Positions 1-7,804 of a DNA stretch of 53,001 nt are shown piece by piece. This DNA comes from Parcubacteria group bacterium M6-OD1-3 (GTDB taxonomy: Bacteria > Patescibacteriota > Minisyncoccia > Moranbacterales > UBA9337): assembly GCA_003056165.1 (NCBI GenBank), contig LSNR01000009.1:1-53001 (forward strand), in the 5' to 3' direction. The notes below the pieces were generated by a model. That model searched no databases, was not told the origin of the DNA, and saw only the letters and a program-made list of their open reading frames with translations. Every line of letters starts with the position of its first letter. Position 1 is the first letter of the stretch. Made by a program: the position numbers and the translations under genes.

Positions 1-6
1 CAAGGT

Positions 7-852
7 GTGAAGCGAGTGGTGTTGGCGCGAGAGGTAACTTTGGCGGAAATTCAAGAAATTCATCGGCGAGTGCCGGAAGTGGAATTGGAATATTTTGTGC
101 ACGGAGCAATGTGTATGAGTTATTCAGGGCGATGTATTTTGAGTAAATGGATGAGTGGGCGAAGTGCTAATTTGGGAGATTGCTCGCAACCTTGTCGGTG
201 GGCATATAAAAAAGCAGGAAGTAAAAAATGCAAAGCGGAAAGTAAAGAAATGACGGTAGTTGATCATCAGGGGGAATTTGAAATGGATTTGGAGGAAGAT
301 GATAATGGAACTTATTTTTTTAACAGTAAAGACTTGAATCTGTTGGCGTATTTGCAGGATTTGATTTCAGCTGGCGTGACATCATTTAAGATTGAAGGTC
401 GCAATAAAAGTGTGTATTATTTGGCTACCGTAATTCGCGCTTATCGGAAAGTTTTGGATAATTTGAAAGATAAAAAAATATTGCAAACGGAATTGGATAA
501 TTTAAGCGACTTAGTTCATCGTGGTTATACTGCCGGTTTTTTATTAGGAAAAGAGCCGGAACATAATCTTAAAAATACGCATAATGAAAGTGAATATGAA
601 TTTGTGGGGGAAATTTTAAAAAGTGATAAAGAAAATTTGATTAAGATTAAAGTGCACAACGCTATTTATGCTGATGATGAAATTGAAATTATAGATACAA
701 AAGGAAATCATCCAATAAAAATTTTCAAAGTTTACAACGAAGAAATGAATGAGGAAAAATCAGCGCACGGCGGACATAAAGAGTTTTATTATCTAGAAAT
801 TAATAAGAAAAATATTGAGCCAATGCCATTATTAAGAAAAAGAGTGAAATAA
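7..852 (+). CDS. U32 family peptidase / tRNA hydroxylation protein (TrhP-like), 5'-truncated by window edge
   Basis: FVHGAMCMSYSGRC, CSQPCRW, SKDL and SFKIEGR motifs typical of U32 proteins. Confidence 0.9.
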   Translation: MKRVVLAREVTLAEIQEIHRRVPEVELEYFVHGAMCMSYSGRCILSKWMSGRSANLGDCSQPCRWAYKKAGSKKCKAESKEMTVVDHQGEFEMDLEEDDNGTYFFNSKDLNLLAYLQDLISAGVTSFKIEGRNKSVYYLATVIRAYRKVLDNLKDKKILQTELDNLSDLVHRGYTAGFLLGKEPEHNLKNTHNESEYEFVGEILKSDKENLIKIKVHNAIYADDEIEIIDTKGNHPIKIFKVYNEEMNEEKSAHGGHKEFYYLEINKKNIEPMPLLRKRVK

Positions 853-869
853 TATGAAAATAGTAAGAT

Positions 870-1493
870 ATGAAAACGATAAAAATTGATTTGAAAAATT
901 ATACGAAAAAGGAAATTCAGTTTATTGCTGATGAAATTTTAAAAGAGCGTGTCGTTGTTTTGCCAACAGATACTGTTTACGGTTTGCATTGCTTGGCTAC
1001 AAACGAAAAAGCAATTGCCAAAATTTACCATATTAAAAAACGAAAAGCCTCTCAACAAAAACACATAATATTATTAGTTAAAAGTTTTTGCATGATTAGA
1101 AAGTATTGTTTTTTGGGAAAAAGACAATATAATTATTTAAAAAAAGTATGGAGTGGGCGACGAGCAACGACGGTTATTCTAAAGGGGCGTCCTAGCGTTA
1201 CGTTAAAAAATATTTTTTTGCGAGAAATTGTTAGTGAAGATGATGGTATAGCGGTTCGTTTGCCAAATAATAAATTTTTATTAGATTTAATTAAGGAAAT
1301 CAATGAGCCAATTGCTTCGACTAGTTTAAATATTACAGGAGAAAAAGAATTGAAAAATATTGACAAGATAGAAACATATTTTAAAGAGCAAAAACCGGAT
1401 TTAGTGGTTGACACGGGCAGGTTGTCTATCAGAAAACCTTCTCGTCTGGAGGACATTAGAAATATGAATGACATTAAAATTTATAGAAAATAA
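870..1493 (+). CDS. tsaC: L-threonylcarbamoyladenylate synthase (Sua5/YrdC)
   Basis: PTDTVYGL, KxR, IAVRLP, STSLN motifs. Confidence 0.9.
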   Translation: MKTIKIDLKNYTKKEIQFIADEILKERVVVLPTDTVYGLHCLATNEKAIAKIYHIKKRKASQQKHIILLVKSFCMIRKYCFLGKRQYNYLKKVWSGRRATTVILKGRPSVTLKNIFLREIVSEDDGIAVRLPNNKFLLDLIKEINEPIASTSLNITGEKELKNIDKIETYFKEQKPDLVVDTGRLSIRKPSRLEDIRNMNDIKIYRK

Positions 1494-1617
1494 ATGCAAG
1501 TTGAAAATATTAATAATTTGCTAGAAAAAATAAAATTGTATTTATTGTATTGTATAAAAGCAATCTTGTGATAAACTAAAGAAGTGATAATAATTATTTG
1601 GAATAAATTGCAATACT

Positions 1618-3018
1618 ATGAACAAGGAAAAAAATAGTGAAAATAAGATGGAGAAAATTGTCGGTTGGGCAAAGAGAAGGGGTTTTGTGTTTCCGTCCAG
1701 TGAAATTTACGGTGGTTTCGGTGCTATTTATGATTTCGGTCCTTATGGCGTGGAATTAGCGAAAAATATCAAGGAAAGCTGGTGGAAAGCGATGGTACAG
1801 GAAAATGAAAATGTAGTCGGATTGGACAGTAGTATTTTTATGCATCCAAAAGTTTGGGAAGCTTCTGGACATGTTGGCGGTTTTAGCGACCCGTTAGCGG
1901 AATGCAAACAATGCCACAGTCGGTCAAGAGTGGATCATCTCTTGGAAGACATCGGTGTTTTTGCTGATGAAAAAATGAGTGATGAGGAAATTAATAGGTT
2001 ACTTGATGAAAATAGGGATAAAATCAAATGTCCAAAATGTGGAACGAAAGGTAAATTTTCCAAAGCGAAAAGTTTTAATCTTTTGGTTAAATCAAATTTG
2101 GGAAATTTTACTGGTGATTGGGAAAAAGACCCGGTTTATTTACGCGGTGAAACTTGTCAGGGAATTTATATCAATTTTAAAAACGTTTTGGATTCTACGC
2201 GACAAAAAATTCCATTTGGTATTGCACAAATTGGTAAAGCTTTTCGTAATGAGATTACTGCTCGTCAGTTTATTTTCCGCAAACGAGAATTTGAACAAAT
2301 GGAATTTCAGTATTTTGTTCATCCGGATGAAGCGATGAAAAGTTATGAGGAGTGGCGAGAACGGCGTTGGCAATATTATTTAGATTTGGGAATTAAGGAA
2401 GAAAATCTAAAATGGCACAAACACGAGAATTTGGTTTTTTATGCTAAAGCAGCTTGGGATATTGATTATAACTTTCCTTTTGGTTTTACTGAAATGGAAG
2501 GTATTCATTATCGCACTGATTATGATTTAACTCAGCATAGTAAATTTTCTGGCAAAGATTTATCTTATCGTGATCCGCAAACTAACGAAAAATATATTCC
2601 ACATATTGTAGAAGCATCAGTTGGTGTAGATAGAACTTTTTTGGCGGTGATTACGGATGCTTATAATGAGGAAAAATTAGAAGATGGAAATGAGCGAGTA
2701 GTGATGAAATTTCCTAAGAAACTGGCGCCAATTAAAGTGGCAATTTTCCCTTTACTAAAAAACAAACCTGAGTTGGTGGCGAAGGCGCGGGAAATTTATG
2801 ATAGTTTAAAATCGCAATATATGTGCGAATTTGATGATAATGGAAATATTGGAAAGCGTTATCGTCGGCAAGACGAAATTGGAACGCCATATTGCGTGAC
2901 GGTTGATTTTGATAGTTTAGAAGATAATACGATCACTGTCCGAGATAGAGATACGATGAAACAAGAGAGAATTAAGATGAATGATTTAAAGAAGTTTTTA
3001 GAAGAAAAGTTGAAATAA
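1618..3018 (+). CDS. glyQS: Glycine--tRNA ligase, homodimeric (alpha2) type
   Basis: RRGFVFPSSEIYGG, YLRGETCQG, GKAFRNEI, REFEQME, IGKRYRRQDEIGTP. Confidence 0.97.
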   Translation: MNKEKNSENKMEKIVGWAKRRGFVFPSSEIYGGFGAIYDFGPYGVELAKNIKESWWKAMVQENENVVGLDSSIFMHPKVWEASGHVGGFSDPLAECKQCHSRSRVDHLLEDIGVFADEKMSDEEINRLLDENRDKIKCPKCGTKGKFSKAKSFNLLVKSNLGNFTGDWEKDPVYLRGETCQGIYINFKNVLDSTRQKIPFGIAQIGKAFRNEITARQFIFRKREFEQMEFQYFVHPDEAMKSYEEWRERRWQYYLDLGIKEENLKWHKHENLVFYAKAAWDIDYNFPFGFTEMEGIHYRTDYDLTQHSKFSGKDLSYRDPQTNEKYIPHIVEASVGVDRTFLAVITDAYNEEKLEDGNERVVMKFPKKLAPIKVAIFPLLKNKPELVAKAREIYDSLKSQYMCEFDDNGNIGKRYRRQDEIGTPYCVTVDFDSLEDNTITVRDRDTMKQERIKMNDLKKFLEEKLK

Positions 3019-3026
3019 TTTTTTAA

Positions 3027-3986
3027 ATGAAAAATGATATGAATTTACAACAAATATATGAGCTGGCAATTGAACTTGGAATAAAAAATGATTTGCGACC
3101 AAGGAAAGATATTGAGAAAAAAATGCTACGAATTGGAAAGGAATATCAAAAATTGAACAAAAAAGAAAAGCAAATCTTTGATAAAGAGAGGTTAACAAAT
3201 CCATATATGGACTCTACTATTCATTTTGATTCCGGTAAAAAAATCAAAAAAATAATGACGGGTATTGATATTGACGCAGGAGAATTACTTATTGCAAAAA
3301 AGTTTGGAGTTGACGCTGTTATCGCTCACCATCCGGTTGGAAAGGGATTATCATATCTTGACGATGTGATGGAGCTACAAGCTGATGTTTTAGCGCAATA
3401 TGGCGTTCCGATTAATATTGCAGAGGGTTTAATGAAAGTACGAATTGGTGAAGTTTCGCGAAGTATTAATCCTGTCAATCATTTTAAGTCTTCGATGGCT
3501 GCTAAAAATTTGGGAATAAGTTTTATGAATGTACATACACCAGCTGATAATCTGGTTGCAACTTTTTTGAAAAAAATAATAGAAAATAAAAAGCCCGAAT
3601 ATGTTGATGAGGTATTGACCCTTTTAAAAGAAGTTCCCGAATACGAAAACGCTACCAAACAAAAATTGGGACCAACTCTATTTGCAGGAGACAAAAACAG
3701 TCGAACTGGAAAAATTGCGATTACGGAGATTACTGGGGGAACAGAAGGTTCTCCAAAAATTTACGAAAAAATGGCCAGTGCTGGAATTGGAACTGTAATC
3801 GCTATGCATCAAAGTGAAAAACATCGCAAGGCGGCGGAAAAGGCGCATATTAATGTTGTTATTGCCGGTCATATTTCATCTGATTCAATTGGAATGAATT
3901 TGTTTTTGGATCAGTTAGAAAAAAAAGGTATTGAGATTGTTCCATGTTCTGGATTGATTAGATATTCAAGAATTAAAAAATTGTAG
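3027..3986 (+). CDS. NIF3-like (NGG1p-interacting factor 3) metal-binding protein
   Basis: GID, IAHHP, HTPAD, AGHISSDSIG motifs. Confidence 0.85.
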   Translation: MKNDMNLQQIYELAIELGIKNDLRPRKDIEKKMLRIGKEYQKLNKKEKQIFDKERLTNPYMDSTIHFDSGKKIKKIMTGIDIDAGELLIAKKFGVDAVIAHHPVGKGLSYLDDVMELQADVLAQYGVPINIAEGLMKVRIGEVSRSINPVNHFKSSMAAKNLGISFMNVHTPADNLVATFLKKIIENKKPEYVDEVLTLLKEVPEYENATKQKLGPTLFAGDKNSRTGKIAITEITGGTEGSPKIYEKMASAGIGTVIAMHQSEKHRKAAEKAHINVVIAGHISSDSIGMNLFLDQLEKKGIEIVPCSGLIRYSRIKKL

Positions 3987-3988
3987 AC

Positions 3989-4168
3989 TATAGACATCCC
4001 ATTCTAAAATCAGACTGATAATCCATAAAGATTGCGTTTTGTTTGTTTTTCATAAAAAAATTCCTCTTTGTAGCTAAGTCTACACTTGCGGTTTTTTCTT
4101 ATTCAAAACCTCATAATACATCAATTTTTATTAAATTCTAAATCCGATTTTAGAATGGGATGTCTATA
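3989..4168. mobile_element. MITE-like foldback element A (TAGAC...GTCTA) with 26-bp terminal inverted repeats
   Basis: TATAGACATCCCATTCTAAAATCAGA (3989-4014) vs reverse complement of 4143-4168, 1 mismatch; internal patchy symmetry around TGTAG-ctaagt-CTACA. Confidence 0.75.
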
Positions 4169-4215
4169 TATTTAAAGCAAACAAAATTAAACTTCGTTAT
4201 TAAAATTTTTAAAAA

Positions 4216-5040
4216 ATGGGTAAATATGTTTTTTTTAATGGAAAAATAATCTTAGAAAAGAATGTTAAAATTAGTTTTAATGATCTTGGTTTTGCGCGAG
4301 GTTATGGAGTTTTTGATGCAATGCGGACAATTAATGGAAAACCGTTTTTAATAAAAGAGCATTACGAGCGATTGCAAAATTCTGCTAAAGAATTAAATTT
4401 ATTTCTAAAAATTTCTTTAACAGAATTTGAAAAAATAATAAATAAACTTCTTTTGCGAAATAAAATAAAAAATGAAATTGCAATTAAAACTATTTTGACC
4501 GGCGGAAAATCTTCCAACGGTTTGCGAATGGATGGAGAGCCAACATTGCTGATTACCATTAATGATTTAAATAAGGTTACCCCAAAAAAAGAATTATATA
4601 AAAAAGGCGCAAAAATTATTTTAGTGGAATTTCAAAGGTATTTGCCAGAAGCTAAAACGCTAAATTATATTGTTGCTATTCAAAATCAACGGAAGAAAGA
4701 AAAGTCCGGAGCGACTGAAATTGTTTATTATAATAAAGGCTATTTATTAGAGGGTTCAACCAGCAATATTTTTATTGTTAAGAATGATAAGATAATTACA
4801 CCGGACAAAAATATTTTATTGGGGACAACTAGAAATTTATTGATACAACTTTTGAGGAAGAAAAATCGAAAAATTGAAGCGAGGGATGTGAAATTAAAAG
4901 AGATATTTGAAGCCGATGAAGTTTTTTTGACAGGAACATTTAAAAATATTTTGCCCATAGTGAGAATGGATGACAAAATAATTGGCGATGGCAAGGTCGG
5001 GGAGGTAACTGCAAAAATAATGAAGCTAATTGAAGGATAA
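4216..5040 (+). CDS. Class IV PLP-dependent aminotransferase (branched-chain/D-amino acid type)
   Basis: RGYGVFD, HYERL, KTLNY, EGSTSNIF, LLGTTR, EVFLTGT. Confidence 0.92.
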   Translation: MGKYVFFNGKIILEKNVKISFNDLGFARGYGVFDAMRTINGKPFLIKEHYERLQNSAKELNLFLKISLTEFEKIINKLLLRNKIKNEIAIKTILTGGKSSNGLRMDGEPTLLITINDLNKVTPKKELYKKGAKIILVEFQRYLPEAKTLNYIVAIQNQRKKEKSGATEIVYYNKGYLLEGSTSNIFIVKNDKIITPDKNILLGTTRNLLIQLLRKKNRKIEARDVKLKEIFEADEVFLTGTFKNILPIVRMDDKIIGDGKVGEVTAKIMKLIEG

Positions 5041-5139
5041 AAATGTCAAATTTTTGCAGTGGATAAAAGTATGTTAGTTACATATGATAATGTCATATCA
5101 TCCGTCAAATAGAAATGTCATAGTTGCTGAAATATGCTA

Positions 5140-5172
5140 GTGTTTAGTATTAATTAAATTAATACTAAACAC
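5140..5172. repeat. Palindrome with 16-bp arms and 1-nt spacer, at the centre of polarized TGTCA/TGACA motifs
   Basis: GTGTTTAGTATTAATT-A-AATTAATACTAAACAC. Confidence 0.85.
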
Positions 5173-5376
5173 AATATAGAAAAACTAATAGTAATGACAA
5201 TTAAAGAAATTAGAAGGTATGACATTTCTAAATGTAATTGACATTGACATATAGATGTTGACATATTTTGAATATTAGGATAAACTCTTAAAAGAGATTT
5301 CATTTGACGAATTTAATAGTATTAATTATTTAGGCGCCAATCAGCTTAGGCGCGGTTTAGTTTATTTTTTATTTTT

Positions 5377-5811
5377 ATGTTAGTAATACGATTTGCAAGA
5401 ACAGGAAGAAAAAACAAAGCGCAATTTAGAATTGTGGTTCAAGAACATACAGCTACACCAACTGGAAGAAATGTTGAGATTGTTGGTAATTGGAATCCTC
5501 ATCAAAAAGAAGGGGCATTCAAAAAAGAGCGAATTGAGTATTGGTTAAGTCAGGGCGCTAAAGCTTCCGATTCAGTTCATAACCTTTTAGTTTCTCAAAA
5601 AGTTATTAATGACAAAAAACGAGCTGTTAAATTTAGTAAAAAGAAATCCGGTGAAGATGAAGAGAGTAAGGATGCTGAAAAAAGTGGAGAAGAAATTAAA
5701 GAAACAGAAACTGTAAAGGAAGGAAAGGAAGAGGCTAAGGTTGAGGAAGAAAAGAAAGAGGATGACAAGGCTGAGAAAAAAGAGGAAGACGACAAAAATA
5801 AAAAAGCGTAA
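5377..5811 (+). CDS. rpsP: 30S ribosomal protein S16 with charged C-terminal extension
   Basis: MLVIRFARTGRKNKAQFRIVV...YWLSQGAKASDSV. Confidence 0.96.
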   Translation: MLVIRFARTGRKNKAQFRIVVQEHTATPTGRNVEIVGNWNPHQKEGAFKKERIEYWLSQGAKASDSVHNLLVSQKVINDKKRAVKFSKKKSGEDEESKDAEKSGEEIKETETVKEGKEEAKVEEEKKEDDKAEKKEEDDKNKKA

Positions 5812-5822
5812 TAGTTTAAGAA

Positions 5823-5850
5823 TTGACAAAATTTTTAATTGAGTTAGAAT
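5823..5850 (+). promoter_or_regulatory. Sigma70-type promoter for rplJL
   Basis: TTGACA (5823-5828), 16 bp spacer, TAGAAT (5845-5850), just upstream of the leader. Confidence 0.6.
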
Positions 5851-5865
5851 AAATTAAGTTAGAAA

Positions 5866-5974
5866 TTCGCAGACAGTAGGCAATCATAAGACCTGCCGAG
5901 AATTTCCCCTGAAAGCAATTTCTTGGAATTGACTTTAGGTGGTTCAAAAGTCTGCGAAAAAGCAGATTTTTTTT
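5866..5974 (+). promoter_or_regulatory. Ribosomal protein L10 leader (autoregulatory attenuator)
   Basis: GACAGTAGG...CCTGCCGAG core; TTCGCAGAC (5866-5874) pairs with GTCTGCGAA (5950-5958), competing with terminator TCTGC-gaaaaa-GCAGA+T-run; directly upstream of rplJ. Confidence 0.75.
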
Positions 5975-6022
5975 ATTTAAAAAAAATAAAAATAGTTTAT
6001 CAAAAATTAATTTTTTACAATT

Positions 6023-6541
6023 ATGTTAACAAGAGAGAAAAAGGAAGAAATAGTTAAAAGATTAACCGAGGAATTAAAAGAATCCAAAGCGGTTGTCTTT
6101 ACTGATTATAGAGGAATTAAAGCAAACGATATTAATAAGCTCAAGAAAGAGCTTAAAAACAGTGGGACAAATTTACAGGTTATTAAAAAAAATCTTATAG
6201 AATTGTCTTTGAGAAATGCCAAATTGGATGTAAGTGTTCGTGAAATGGATGGTCAAATATCAATTATAGTTTCCAAAGAAGATGAGGTTGCTCCAGCAAA
6301 AATTCTGACAAACTTTGCCAAGGAAAATGAAAATTTGAAAATTTTGGGAGGGATACTCGGTAAAGAAGAGATGAGTGTGAAGGAAGTTGAATCGTTGGCT
6401 AAATTATTGAGTAAAGAAGAATTAAGGGCAAAGATTGTTGGAAGTTTAAAGTCCCCAATCACTGGATTTGTAAATGTGCTATCTGGGAATTTGCGTGGTT
6501 TAGTGAATGTGATTAAGGCAATCGAAGATAAAAAAGCGTAA
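6023..6541 (+). CDS. rplJ: 50S ribosomal protein L10
   Basis: MLTREKKEEIV, DYRGI, VIKKNL, LSKEELRAKIVG; precedes rplL. Confidence 0.95.
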   Translation: MLTREKKEEIVKRLTEELKESKAVVFTDYRGIKANDINKLKKELKNSGTNLQVIKKNLIELSLRNAKLDVSVREMDGQISIIVSKEDEVAPAKILTNFAKENENLKILGGILGKEEMSVKEVESLAKLLSKEELRAKIVGSLKSPITGFVNVLSGNLRGLVNVIKAIEDKKA

Positions 6542-6652
6542 ATGTTTTTTAATAAAATAATAATTTAAAAAGTTTTAATTTATTTTTAGTTAATAATTCT
6601 CAACCTTAACTATTTTATGGAATGCGAATTGTCAGCTAAAAGACTAAATGAT

Positions 6653-7087
6653 ATGACTGAAGAAAAAAAGCCTACTGAGGCAAAAGAAGAGAAAGAAGTT
6701 GAAGTTCCTGCAAAGTTTAAAAAGCTTGTTGAAGAAATCGAAAAAATGAGCGTTTTGGAACTTTCTGAGTTGGTAAAAATTTTGGAGGATAAATTTGGTG
6801 TTAGTGCTGCTGCTCCAATGATGATGGGAGCAATGCCGGGAGCTGGTGGAGCAGAAGAAGCTGAAGCGGAAGAAAAAAGTGAATATGATGTAGAACTTGT
6901 TTCTGCTGGAGATAAAAAGATAAACGCAATTAAAGCGGTGCGTGAAATTACCGGATTGGGATTAAAAGAATCTAAAGATTTGGTTGATGGAGCACCTAAG
7001 GTTATCAAGGAAAAAGTTGCTAAAGAAGAGGCTGAAGAAATGAAAAAGAAATTGGAAGAAGCTGGAGCAACAGCTGAACTTAAATAA
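6653..7087 (+). CDS. rplL: 50S ribosomal protein L7/L12 (likely start MTEEKK at 6653)
   Basis: [47 protein letters not shown]. Confidence 0.97.
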   Translation: MTEEKKPTEAKEEKEVEVPAKFKKLVEEIEKMSVLELSELVKILEDKFGVSAAAPMMMGAMPGAGGAEEAEAEEKSEYDVELVSAGDKKINAIKAVREITGLGLKESKDLVDGAPKVIKEKVAKEEAEEMKKKLEEAGATAELK

Positions 7088-7124
7088 TTTTTGAAAATTG
7101 TTTAAAAGTTAGAGCAAACCATTT

Positions 7125-7158
7125 AAAAAAACATCCGCCGAAAGGTAGATGTTTTTTT
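7125..7158. terminator. Bidirectional intrinsic terminator between rplL and tRNA-Gln
   Basis: A-run ACATC-CGCC-gaaa-GGTA-GATGT T-run. Confidence 0.75.
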
Positions 7159-7171
7159 GGAACTTATTTTG

Positions 7172-7243
7172 TTGGGCCGGCAGGATTCGAACCTGCGCAT
7201 GACGGGATCAAAACCCGCTGCCTTACCGCTTGGCTACGGCCCA
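7172..7243 (-). tRNA. tRNA-Gln(UUG), CCA not encoded
   Basis: TGGGCCGTAGCCAAGCGGTAAGGCAGCGGGTT-TTG-ATCCCGTCATGCGCAGGTTCGAATCCTGCCGGCCCAA forms a full cloverleaf. Confidence 0.95.
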
Positions 7244-7500
7244 ATGTAATTTTTTAATGAAATTGCCAATCTTTTTCGTAAATCCTTTTTACCGTCACTA
7301 CTTTTCAAAAATAATTCTCTTTTTATAGCTTCGGTTTTGTGCGTATATGCTTCATAGCATAATAATTCAAAAGGACGCCTGTGTTTAATTGATTTAGTTT
7401 TTCCTTGGGAGTGCTCTGATAATCGTCGCTTTAAATCACTTGTATATCCGATGTAAAACTTTTTATCCTTCTTACTGATTAAAATATAAACATAGAACAT
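7234..7500 (-). CDS. Small stand-alone GIY-YIG nuclease (UPF0213-like)
   Basis: FYVYIL...FYIGYTSDLKRRLSEH...EAIKRELFLKS; its stop codon lies within the first 10 nt of tRNA-Gln(UUG). Confidence 0.9.
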   Translation of the reverse strand: MFYVYILISKKDKKFYIGYTSDLKRRLSEHSQGKTKSIKHRRPFELLCYEAYTHKTEAIKRELFLKSSDGKKDLRKRLAISLKNYIGP

Positions 7501-7527
7501 AACTTTTTAAAATAAATATCATTTTTG

Positions 7528-7598
7528 TTGGGTCGGAGGGATTCGGACCCCCGATGCTAGGACCAGAACCTAGTGCCTTACCGCTTGGCTACGACCCA
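7528..7598 (-). tRNA. tRNA-Gln(CUG) with atypical T-loop TCCGAAT
   Basis: TGGGTCGTAGCCAAGCGGTAAGGCACTAGGTT-CTG-GTCCTAGCATCGGGGGTCCGAATCCCTCCGACCCAA; all stems pair. Confidence 0.88.
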
Positions 7599-7660
7599 AA
7601 ACATTTTTTATTTGTTGGCTCATTGGGTTAAAACTTTCCACTCATTATTATTTTTCTTCA

Positions 7661-7767
7661 TTGAACTGACAGGATTCGTCCGGCATCCGCCGGACGCCCC
7701 GCGTATGCAGGGCGGACCCCCGATGCTAGGACCAGAACCTAGTGCCTTACCGCTTGGCTACGACCCA
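7661..7767 (-). pseudogene. Chimeric pseudo-tRNA-Gln with 36-bp double-hairpin insertion in the T-loop
   Basis: 7713-7767 identical to 7544-7598; insert 7678-7713; 3' part GAATCCTGTCAGTTCAA resembles the tRNA-Gln(UUG) 3' end with 4 changes. Confidence 0.85.
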
Positions 7768-7804
7768 GATTTTCTAATGATATTTTATATTTATGAAATT
7801 GTTT

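Noticed and set aside
210-250. Short AAAGCRGRAAGTAAA duplication in the U32 gene
   Set aside because: Only two degenerate units in A-rich coding sequence; insufficient to call a repeat element
5058-5066. oriC call from a DnaA-box-like 9-mer
   Set aside because: Single imperfect box and no dnaA/dnaN nearby
5640-5811. Repetitive E/K-rich tail of S16
   Set aside because: Charged low-complexity S16 extensions are common; no distinct element
7678-7713. tRNA intron interpretation of the T-loop insert
   Set aside because: Too short for a group I/II intron, and removing it still leaves a mismatched acceptor and T stem
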